From Octopus sinensis (Eukaryota): 64,000 bases of DNA. This document shows, piece after piece, positions 11,669-23,600 of this stretch; the stretch's first letter is position 1, and each line of letters starts with the position of its first letter. The stretch spans positions 24,862,001 to 24,926,000 of the forward strand of contig NC_043013.1 in the NCBI RefSeq assembly GCF_006345805.1. Reading direction: 5' to 3'. The notes beneath the pieces were generated by a model. The model was not told where the DNA came from. It searched no databases and worked only from the letters and a program-made list of their open reading frames with translations. The position numbers and the translations under genes are program-made.

Positions 11669-14600
11669 CGTGTGTGTACGTGTGTGTGTGTCTGTGTATG
11701 TATACACACATACGCAACTGTATGTTTAGATGAAACCATTTTTACACACATATATACATGTATATTCTGGGACATTTAAATAAACAAGTGATAACAACAT
11801 ACTTTGTGGAAATTATTTATTCATATATTGTTTGTTTGTTTTTTGTTTTGTTTTTTTTTTCAATTTTCAGATGTCACTGTGGGTATGATATAGAACAACA
11901 TGAAAAGCAAACACATCACCCTTTTAAATGGGAAGAAGAAACAGACACTGAATTGTTGCCAACAAATGCATTTGGTGAAGTGGAATTTCGAGGATTTGGT
12001 CAGAAAATTGGAAAGGTAATTTGTTTTAGACCCTTTTGTTACCAACCCGGCTGAAACCGGCTCTGGCTTTGAGTACAAATATCTTGTTTTCATAAATTTT
12101 GAATAAAAATCTTCCACCAAACCTTAGTCACAATCTATGTTCCTAACACTAGATGAATGCTAACTAAGTTATTTTACTAAATTCTATGTTATATTTAAAG
12201 TAATTGAAAGAAACACAAAGCATCTCAAACTAAATACAGTAACGAAAGGGTTAAGTCAAAATTTCGGCTTTGCTGTCAAGCGATGGGAGAACAAATTCAG
12301 GCACAAAGACACATACACACCCATTATTATCTTACTATTATGGGCGTTATGGTCACGATGTTTTTCGAGATTACGAAGGAGGTGATCAGGAAGGTTTTAG
12401 TGAAAAAATGTGAAAATGTTTGATTATTTAGTGGATATTGAGTTTTGTATTAATAAATCATCTTCAATTTTTTTTGTTAAAATTCCGGCGACGAGGATTA
12501 ACTCTGGATTTACCCCGCCCTGTATAGTTCGTGAATTTAGAGGGTTTAGATTTGCAATACTATCCCTTTATTTCCCATTGTAGTTGGCAAATTTGCTATC
12601 TTACTATAATGGGCGTTATGTCCGTCTGTCTGTCTGTCTCTTTGTTCTCTCTTCACGGCCAGACAGCTGGACCAATGGCTACGATATTTTTCTGGATTAC
12701 AAAGACGGTCGTCAGGAAGGTTTTTAGCTTTAAAAAATCAGAAAGTATGAATATTTTGCGGATATCAATTTTTGAATTGATAAATCATCTTCGCATTTTT
12801 ATTAAAAATTCGCTGTTCACAACTAACTCTAAATTTTCATCGTATAGTTCGTGTCCCCATTCTAGATACGAAGGGGGTCACGAGGACGGTTAATAACGAA
12901 AATAAAATGGAAAGTGTGTGTGATTACTTAGTGATTATTGAAGTATGTCAGTTCCAAGCAGGATTCGAAATGGCTAATCGTAGCGGCTGTTGTTTACATC
13001 TCAGTTTTGTCCATCAAAATAACCCATGGTTCAAGAACATTCAAACATTATTCGCATAGAACAGTGAGAGGTAAGTCTTAGTTTGATTTTTTTGCAACCC
13101 TAAAGATTCCGCTCACGTGTTCACAACAAACAAGGCACAGGACGACTTTAAATCGGATAGGTGTATTTTTACCCACTTCGGTGAGTAGAGCAACGGACTC
13201 AATTTGAAAATTAGTGTCGACCAAACAGAAAATATTGTCTACAAAGAAGTTTTGTAATCAAAGCTAGAAAGAAAAACGGTTCGATCAGGATCAAACTTCG
13301 ATCACATGACCACAATAGTACCAGCCATAAACACGCATGTGCAGAAGGCAGTGTGACTATAATAAAGATATGTTGTGGCGAAAGTGCGGATAATTTTTTA
13401 TTTCCCCTCGTATTTCTGAGTACCAAAGTGCAAGTATTTGAAATTTCGTTTCTGTTGTATCTAAAATATTAAAATATATTTAAGCATATTGATCATATAT
13501 CATTATTTCTCACATACAGTTTGTCCGTGTGGATCATAAAACACCGATGGAAACAATTATTAAATTGATAACAACTCAATGGAATTTGTCATTACCAAAC
13601 CTGCTTATTTCTGTGACCGGAGGGGCAAAAAACTTCCAGATGAAGCCACGACTTAAAGAAGTATTCAGGCGTGGGTTAGTAAAAGTTGCAAGAAGTACAG
13701 GTAAGATTTATCAAAATGTTCAATATGGTGTTGGTGGTGGTGGTGGTCGTCGTCGTCGTGGCAGATATGATTGTCATCGTCGTCACCTTGGTGTTATTGA
13801 TGATGATGATTCCTTTATTAGCCACAAGGGCCTACAGTATGATATTAGATATGCCAGAGAGGAAGAGTACAAACCACTTAGAGGTATACATGTAGATTAA
13901 AAGGTGGTTAGGAGCAAAAACAGGATACGACATGAGAAACAGGTTAAAAATAAAAATATAAGCAACGGCACCTACATACTCACAGGGGAATAGAAAATTC
14001 CCACCTAGGGTGGATCCAGGTAACTCGGGACTTCATTTCACTTTCAGTCTAGTCACTCCTTTCCTTCTCCAAATAGAAACCTTGAGATACAATTCAAAAG
14101 CCATGCCACTCGGCATTTCGTTTGCTGCTCTGCTAATTCTGCCAGGTGCTAATGCCACTTTATAATAATTCTTTCTAATTTTGGTACAAGACTAGCCATT
14201 TTGAGGGAAGGGGAAATTGATTACATCAACCCCAGTGTTCAATTGGTACTTATTTTATCAAGCCTGAAGGAAAGGCAAAGTCCACCAAGGCAGAATATGA
14301 ACTCACAATGAAAAGAACTGAAAGAAATGCCACTAAGTATTTTGTCTTCTGTGCTGCCAATTCTACCACGATATCACCTTAAATTAATTCTTTCTGCTAT
14401 TAGTACAAAGCCTGCCTCAAATTTTTTCCAATTTTTGGAAAGGGGGGAGGAACTAGTCGATTCCATCAACCCCACTATTTACTTGGTAATTCATTTCCTC
14501 AACACCAAAAAGATGAAAGGCAAAGTTGACCTCAACAAAACTTTCACCTAGATTGTAAAGCATTTAAGTCTCAAACAAAAACTGTCTCCATCTCAGAAAA

Positions 14601-17600
14601 TCAAATATTTTAGTAAAAGTAATGAAAATTTTAATGAATTTTAATGCATTTCCTCCAGCTCTAATGCTGAATTCTTGTTTGCTTGCATTACAGGTGCCTG
14701 GGTTACGAGTGCAGGATTACATGCTGGAGTGATGAAGCATGTTGGAGAAGCTATTCGGGATTATGGATTTGTATTATCTGGCAAGGATAAGGTGGTGGCA
14801 ATAGGCATTGCACCATGGGGTTGTGTCCAGAAAAAAGAATTATTAGAGAATACAAACGTAAGCTTCTTATGTGTTTTAAGCATTTTGCTTTCTTCTGTTT
14901 GTTTTCTTAGAAGTATGCGATAAAATATACGAAGGTTAGTGGAAAAGTTCATAGGCTGACCAAGGTACTTTGGTGGAATGTGACCCAATGAAGTTTATTT
15001 TCAGCATAGTCTCCCTTGTGATTCACACACCTCTTCCATCAGTGTTGCAGTGCTTGGATCTCATTGAAGAAGAAACTTTCATCCTGTTGGGCAAAAAAGT
15101 CAACAGCAAATATGACATCATCATCACAGCGATACTAGTTCCCAACCAAATGTTTTTTTCTTGTTGGGGAACGGATGATAATCAGGAGAATAGGGAAGAA
15201 AGATCAATCAGTTCAAAGTCACAGTCACACACAGCAGCCATGGAAAATTATTTTCCTGGGTGTTTTTGTATTGATAGCCTTTAGTAACTGCCTGAGCAAG
15301 TTGGCATAGTGCTCTCCATTGATGGTGTGGCCCTTTTGAAGATTATCAATGAACACAAAGCCTTTTGCATTCCCACCACAAAAACCTGAGACCATCACCT
15401 GCCCTGCCGATGAAATGACATTGGCTTTCTTTTGGTGCAGGTGAGAAGGGGTGATTCCACTGCATGGACTGTCTCTTTGTGTCTGGCTCAAAGTGATGAA
15501 TCCAACACTCATCCTGGATTAGGAAACATTCAAGGAAGCTAGCTGGATCTGCCTCAAACAATGTCTGATTTTCCCCATGTTGACATCAGCCTAGGGTACA
15601 TTTGATCAGGTGTCAAAAGACATTGCACCTGCCAAGCAGAAACCTTCTGTAAACCATGTCAAGTTTCATTATACAGAATGTTCTCAAATGTATCGCAGGA
15701 TATGCTATTTGGTTTAGAGTCAATCACATGTCTTCCACACAATGTTTTCTGCAGCAGTCACAGTTTCAGGATGTCCAGAACATGGCTCATCTTCAAGTCT
15801 TTCCTTTTCCCTCCTAAATTCAGCATCCCACTTTTCATGCTGACATGGTTGCTACATTAAGGGATGATATGGAACATCATCCCCTAGTGTAGCAACCATG
15901 ACAGCATGAATGTCGCTGTAGCCTAAACCCTTTTTCTGTAGGTAGCTGATAACACCTTGATGCCAAATTTTGTATTTTTTCAAGAAAAGTCACTACTAGT
16001 TACTTTTGAAGTCTTCTTTGAAGCGTCAGATGCAGGGTACCTGGAAAGAAACAATTAATAAGAAGAGGTGATATTAATGCATGCAAGATTTCGTAGCTCT
16101 AGCATCACTCCTTCATTGTTACCCTAAGAACTTTTCTGTCCGCCCTCGTATTAGTCCTCACAAATTTGAGATCTTCTGTCTATATCAGATATCATCATCA
16201 TTGTTTAACGTCCACTTTACATGCTGGTATGGGTGGGACAGCTTGACAGAAGCCGACCAAGCAGAAACCTGCACCAGACTTACAAATTATCAATATTATA
16301 TATAAATATGTTTCAATTTTTGGCACAAGTCCAGCAATTTTAAAAAGAAGGGTTTAATCAATTACATCGAACCCAGTTCTCAATTTATACTAGTAAGGAC
16401 TGAAGATAAGTTGGCCTCTGCAGAACTTGAACTCAGAACATAAAGACGGACAAAATGCCACTAAGCATTTTGCCCAGCATGCTAGCTGCTCTCCCAGCTC
16501 ACCCCTTTATTACACACTTGTTTCAAACTTTGTCACAAGGCCAGCAATTTCAGCAGAAGTGATGAGTCAAATGTATCCACCCCAGTGCTCAACTGGTACT
16601 TATATTATCAACCCTAAAAGGATAAGTCAGCTCCAGTGGAATTTGATCTCAGGACATAAAGACAGACAACATACCACTAAGCATTTTGACCAACATGCTA
16701 ACGATTCTGCCAGCTCTCTAGCTTACTAGATATTAATATTAAATATCAATTTCTAACAACACCATAGTTCTGGGTTCAGTCCCACTGCATGGCACCTTGG
16801 GCAAGTGTCTTCAAGCCTCAGGCCAACCAAAACCTTGTGAGTGGATTTGGTAGACTGAAATTGAAAGAAGTCCATTATATATATATATATATATACATAT
16901 AGCAACCACATGTGATTATTGGTGATTTTTTTCCACTGTCTTCCTTTTTATTGGACTTTCCTCTGTTTCTGAAGAAGAGCATTGCTCGAAATGTTAAACC
17001 ATCCTTCTTTCCTTCCCTTAGCATCCACTAATACTTTACATATACCACATCCTCATGTTGTTGCTTTTTTGTGTTTGTTCTTCGGGTTAGGGTTAGGGTT
17101 AGGCTCACTGTTTCTTTTTTAATTGCCCTTTTTTTCAACCAAGCATATAGGCATGATCGGTGACATACTACAAGAATATGAAAGAGTGACAGGCGCAAAA
17201 ATTAATGCAGAAAAGTCAGTGGGCATGCAACTCGGCACCTGGAGAGGCAAGTCCATGCCATCTAACAGCATCATGGGGTTTGGTCTGAACCTCCAGGTGG
17301 AGAAAAACTGGGACAAGGTGATGAGCAGGGTAGCCAATCTCACCCAGAAATGAGCCGAGAGGAAGCTGTCCCTGAAAGGACGAGTAGAAGTAGTGAGTGT
17401 GTACATTGCATCTGTCATCTCTTATCGTTTGACTGTTGTCCCTTGTCCCGTTTGCTGGTTGACCAAGCTGGTACGCTCGCTCTTCCACTTTCTGTTGAAG
17501 GGGCACATTTCAGTGGTGTAGTGCTTCATCTGCTGTCAACAGCCACTGAATAGAGGGCTGGGCATGCCATGGTTACTGACATGCAGACATGCGCTGAGGT

Positions 17601-20600
17601 TGTGGCATCTCCAGCATTTCCTTGAAGGTGAGCAGGTGTGGTCACTGTTTGTCAGGCACACTTTTCCACAGCTTCTCTCTTTGACTGAGCTGCAAACCTG
17701 GATTAGGCATAGACCAAGGATGGGTGCTTGGCACCTCGAGTGCGGTCAAGTGCTCACAGCCTTCTGCTGTAACTCCTGGAATAACAACAATGATTGCAAT
17801 AATATGTCTAACATCTAAATTATTGACTTGTAGGGATCTTGGCCAGCTGAATATCATGTTATAAATGATCATAGCAAAAGAGTGAGCCCCTTGGATCCTA
17901 ATCACTCACATTTCATCCTTGTTGATAATGGTACTCAGCATACTTTTGGAACAGAAATTGAATTCCGAACTCAGTTGGAAAAGACCATTGCAAGTAAAAA
18001 TATCCGAGGTAAGTTGTAACCCCAGTGAAATTTGCAACCCTGAACTGAACTGGAATTTATTTTAAAGTAAAGGATTTGTCTGTAACAGTATATTAGCCAA
18101 AAGAGTTTATCACAGCGATGTACTATTTTTGCTGAAATCCTTAAAATCTCAGAGAAGCCAGGAGGACTTTGAATTTAAGGATTATAAGGATATCTTATCC
18201 ATATTGATGTATCTAAAACTCATTTGATCCTTTTGTTATCATATCTCTGTTGAGATGTTCTGTGTTTCTTTCAATTAATTTTAAATATAACAAAGAATTT
18301 AGTAAAAGAACTTAGTTATCATTTAGTGTTAGGAACATAAATTGTGACTAATGTTTGGTGGAAGATTTTAATTCAAAACTTATGGAAACAAGACATTTGT
18401 ACTACAGAGCCAGAAGCAGTTTCAGGCAGGTTGGTATCAAAAGAGTTAAGCCAGTTAGTTAAGCTAGTTATTCAATATACAAGATATACGAGAGATTGTA
18501 TTTTCGTATATGTGAAAGAGTATTAGCTTTGTTTAGTAATGTTTTTCTTACGGGGAGATCAACTGCACATTGTGTAATATATAAGTCATTTGTTTCTTTC
18601 TTTCTATTAAACATGGTGGACATAAATTTCTGACAATTTTACGAGTATTTTAAGGTTTATTTTTAATTTCTTACCAAATGCATTTGAATATTATTTTATT
18701 TTCCTTCAAATTTCGATTATGCAAACTTTATCCAATGAATAATTTTTAAATGCTTAATACAATTGAATTAATAGTAATCACCAAGCTAATATGGCAGTCC
18801 TGTAAGTTTGTGTGTCACATAGCTAGCTTGCTAGAGGCGATGGCCTCTTGAAGCTAATCAACGGCAGCATTCGTCCTATATTTATGGACTGCCATATTAG
18901 CTTGACGATAACTATTAATATCCAGTATCACTGCTGTAGTCTCCTTTAGAGAGACTTAGAAATAATGATATTCTACAATTGAATTAGTACAGGAGGAAAC
19001 GAGTATCAAATTAGCATCACATTCCATTCCATTTATAAATGGGAAAACTCGTGGTTTCATATTTCTAGAATGTTTATTGTTTGTTTTCTAATGACTAAAA
19101 CCATTTTATTCATGTTAAATGTTGTACTTTAATGAAGTTATATATTATATTTTTAATTAAGTATATTTTTAGACCTTAATCAATTTTTTTTTTTAATTTT
19201 AGAGACAGAAAAGGTCAAGATTCCAGCTGTTGTAGTAATGGTTGAAGGTGGACCTGGAACTCTGAAGACAGTCTTTAGTTCAACTTCATGCCATACTCCA
19301 GTTATTGTAGTAAAGGTCTGTAAATATTCCATAATCTAATTACTGGCAGAGCAAATTTATACTGTTTAAATCTTTAGCATTTCAATCAACCAATATTTGG
19401 CCCAAATATTCTGTTTTATGTTCAAATTGGCTGGATCTGGCCTCTTACAATGTATTCTAGAAATAAACAGGTGTTAACCAGGTGATACACGAAGGAGTCA
19501 TACCCAATGACTGGTGTAGCAGCATAATAGTCAACTGCTACAAAGGTAAAGGTGACGCCCTAGATACAAATAACTACAGGGGCATCAAGCTGTTGGATCA
19601 GGTAATGAAGGTTACGGAGAGGGTTATAGCCCAATTAATTAGAGAGAGAGTTAGCTTAGATGATATGCAGTTTGGGTTCGTGCCAGGGAAAAGTACTACT
19701 GATGCTATATTCCTGGTAAGACAGCTGCAGGAGAAATACCTAGCCAAAGGTAAGCCCTTGTACCTGGCTTTTGTTGACTTGGAGAAAGCCTTTGACAGGG
19801 TCCCCCGATCCCTTATCTGGTGGTCAATGAGAAAACTAGGGATAGATGAATGGTTAGTGAGAGCTGTGCGAGCCATGTACAGAGACGCTGCTAGTAAGGT
19901 GAGGGTAGGCAACGAGTACAGTGAAGAATTCCGGGTAGAGGTTGGGGTCCACCAAGGTTCAGTCCTCAGTCCCCTCCTATTTATCATAGTCCTCCAGGCA
20001 ATAATGGAAGAATTCAAGACAGGATGCCCCTGGGAGCTCCTCTATGCTGATGACCTTGCTCTAATTGCTGAGTCACTATCAGAACTGGAGGAGAAGTTTC
20101 AGGTGTGGAAACAAGGATTAGAATCGAAGGGCCTTAGAATCAACCTAGCCAAAACCAAAGTCCTAATAAGTAGGAAGGTGGACCAACCACAAACGACTTC
20201 AGGTAGATGGCCCTGCTCGATCTGTAAAAAAGGTGTAGGTAGAAACTCTATAAGGTGCACCAAGTGTAAGCTATGGACACATAAGAGGTGCAGCAATGTC
20301 AAAGGTAGGCTAACTGGGAAGATAGTTTTCGTATGTAGCAGATGCTCAGGAGAAATAAACTCTGGAAACGTGCAGAGACCAACTTCTACCACGTTCCAGG
20401 GAGACAAACTAGAAGTAGTTGATAGCTTCTGCTACCTAGGAGACCAAGTCAGTAGCGGGGGTGGGTGTGCTGAAAGTGTAACTGCTAGAGTAAGAATAGC
20501 CTGGGCAAAGTTTAGAGAGCTCTTACCCCTGCTGGTGACAAAAGGCCTCTCGCTCAGAGTAAAAGGCAGACTGTATGATGCATGTGTACGTACAGCCATG

Positions 20601-23600
20601 CTACATGGTAGTGAAACATGGGCCGTGACTGCTGAGGATATGCGTAAGCTCGCAAGAAATGAAGCCAGTATGCTCCGATGGATGTGTAATGTCAGTGTTC
20701 ATAATCGTCAGAGTGTAAGTACCTTGAGAGAAAAGTTGAACCTAAGAAGCGTCAGTTGTGGTGTGCAAGAGAGACGGTTGCGCTGGTATGGTCATATGAC
20801 AAGAATGGCTGAAGATAGTTGTGTGCAAAAGTGCTACACCCTAGCAGTTGAGGGAACCTGTGGAAGAGGTAGACCCAGGAAAACCTGGGACGAAGTGGTG
20901 AAGCACGACCTTCGATCTTTAGGTCTCACCAAGGAAATGACTAGAGACCGAGACCTATGGAAGTATGCTGTGCGTGAGAAGACCCGGCAAGACTAGTCAG
21001 GCCATAACCCGTGGCCCCTACCTGGGACGTAGTCGATCCACCTGTGCATACCTTCCTTCTTGTGACACTTGTGAAGACCTGTTGAGGCAAGTGAAAATCA
21101 AATCAAATCAAAATCAAATCAAATCAAAAAATCAAACAAAATCAAAATAGATGAACATCAATGGAATTTGTATCTTTGTGGTACCAGTGCCGGTGGCACA
21201 CGAGAAAACCATCCGAACGTATCCGAGCGTGGTCGTCTGCTAGCCTTGTCTGGCACCTGTGTCGGTGGCACATAAAAACACCATCCGAGCGTGGCCGTTC
21301 GCCAGCCTCGTCTGGCACCTGTGTCGGTGGCACATAAAAACACCATCCGAGCGTGGCCGTTCGCCAGCCTCGTCTGGCACCTGTGTCGGTGGCACATAAA
21401 AACACCATCCGAGCATGGCCGTTCACCAGCCTCGTCTGGCACCTGTGTCGGTGGCACATAAAATCACCCACTACACTCTCGGAGTGGTTGGCGTTAGGAA
21501 GGGCATCCAGCTGTAGAAACACTGCCAGATCTGACTGGCCTGGTGCAGCCTTCGGGCTCCCCAGACCCCAGTTGAACCATCCAACCCATGCTAGCATGGA
21601 AAGCGGACGTTAAATGATGATGATCATGATGATGATGATGATGAAACAATCATGGGAACCTGTGAAAGGAGTAGACCTTGGAAAATGATGAGAAAGGATC
21701 TTCAGACACTGGGCTCACTGAGATGACAAGGGACTGAGACTCTGGTGATTTGCTGTACTTGAGAAGATATTTCAAGCTAAGTAAAATCACAGCCATCCAT
21801 GGCCACACCTCTACTCCCTCTCCCAGCCAAGAATTCTTTGCCTTGCAAGTGCCAGTGCCAAATAAAATGAATTTGTGTCACCTGTGTTGGTGCCACGTAA
21901 ACAACACTTGTGCTGATACCACATAGAGGTACACATGCTGGTTGTACATAGAAAGCATCTGGAACTGTGTAAAGTGATTGGCATCAGGAAGGGAATCCAG
22001 CTGTAGAAACCATGCCAAACCAGACAATCGAAAGCTGGACAGCTCTCCAGCTGGCCAGCTCCTGTCAATCCAATCCATGCCAGCATGGAAAACAGACATT
22101 AAACGACAATGATGACATCATTGAAATCTCAAAGCTACAAGATAATGCATGATTAATTCAAAACATTGGGTAAAAAAAACATTACATTTGACAGAGTAAT
22201 CTGGATACGGACGGGTTAAATATCTTGTGATAAGGCAAAATACAAGCTTGTAATTAGGTGACAGGCAAACAAGAGGTCAACTCGTATAAAGTTTTACATG
22301 AATGCAGAATGTTTTATCAAAATATTTTGATACTTTATTTGGTTTTTATGGTTAGTTGCTCTTTTTTTTTTCTATGAAATAATCAGAAGAGAAATGGCAG
22401 TGCTTGTAACTCTCTTGCATGGCCTCTGGGATTGGGAGAAGAAAAAGTAAGTACTGTCTGAAAACCCTAGGATTCATAGGACCAGTTACCAGATTTCTGT
22501 GGTGTATAAGTGACCAAGATCACAACACTGCCCCTAAATGGGATGCCAATGCACTGCTAGGTTACTCATTTACAGCTGACTGAACTGAAGCAATACAAAA
22601 TTAAGTGTTTTGCTCAAAAGTACAATAAACCACCCAGACCAGAATTCGAAACCACAATCCTGTAGTCATGAGTACAACACTCTAACCACCAGGCCATGTG
22701 CCTTCATGACTGGAAGAAAGAGATAAGGAAACTACAGTGCATCAGACTGAAAAATTGTCTGAATTCTTGCAATTTACAGGTTAAAATTTTGAATTCAATG
22801 AGCATTTTCAATTTCTCTATTTCATTGTCAGGGATCTGGTCGGGCAGCTGACATTATGGCTTACGCTTACCAAACGGCATTCAAGAATGTAGAAGAGGAA
22901 AATGACAAAGATATAACTGATGGGTTAGTGTTTTCACATCTTCTTCACAATGACTTATCATCTTTCATCTTTCATCTCTTACAGTCATTAAAGTGTGACC
23001 ATGCTGGGGCACCACCGTGAAGAGTCTTTAGTCGAATGAATCAACCCCAGTATTTTTATTTATGCCTCGTATTTATTATATCAGCCACTTTCTCTTAACC
23101 ACTAAGTTACAGGGATGTAAACACACCAACACCAATTGTAAAATGGGGTGTGGGGAACAAACAGATACACACACTCACACACGACTGACTTCTTCCAGTT
23201 TCCATCTACCAAATCCACTCACAAAGCTTTGGTTGATCCAAGGCTATAAGACACTTGCCAAAGGTGTCATGCAGTGGTTGGGAAGCAAACTTCTTACCAC
23301 ACTCCCATGCTGATACCTATGTTGGTGTGTTTACATCCCCATTACTAAACAGTTTGGCAAAACTGACCAATAGAATAAGTACTAGGCTTACAAAGAATGG
23401 GGTTGTTCGACTAAAGGTGGTGCTCCAGCATGGCAGTAGACAAGAGTTGGCCAAAGTCACCTGACAGCAAATCAAAATTCCATAAATGCTTAATAGTCAA
23501 GACTATTGAAAAGGTTGCAAGATGCATTGAAAATTTTAAGAAAATAAAAATAAGAAATAAGTGGAAATTTTACTGGTGAGTGTGTTAAATTATAAGGCAC

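Larger units (their letters stand above)
19470..21643 (+). mobile_element. Young 5'-truncated RTE-clade LINE with (GAT)n tail
   Basis: Uninterrupted 504-codon frame, 3' UTR with CpGs retained, (GAT)n tail at 21614-21643, and a possible 5-bp TSD AAACA (19465-19469 and 21644-21648). Confidence 0.92.
19366..22219. mobile_element. piggyBac-type MITE family 2, split by two nested retroelement insertions
   Basis: Left half 19366-19469 and right half 22116-22219 (ending GGGTTAA) together match the intact copies at 25755-25982 and 48211-48447. Confidence 0.75.

Noticed and set aside
13701-13900. Read-through of the 13520 exon into GGGGGRRRR
   Set aside because: A strong CAG|GTAAG donor at 13700 and a phase-matched next exon; the extension is a (GGT)n(CGT)n microsatellite.
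19598-20407. Antisense ORFs over the RTE reverse transcriptase
   Set aside because: Shadow ORFs of the sense RT frame.
21185-21460. CRISPR-like array
   Set aside because: The units are contiguous tandem copies with no unique spacers, there are no cas genes, and the context is eukaryotic.
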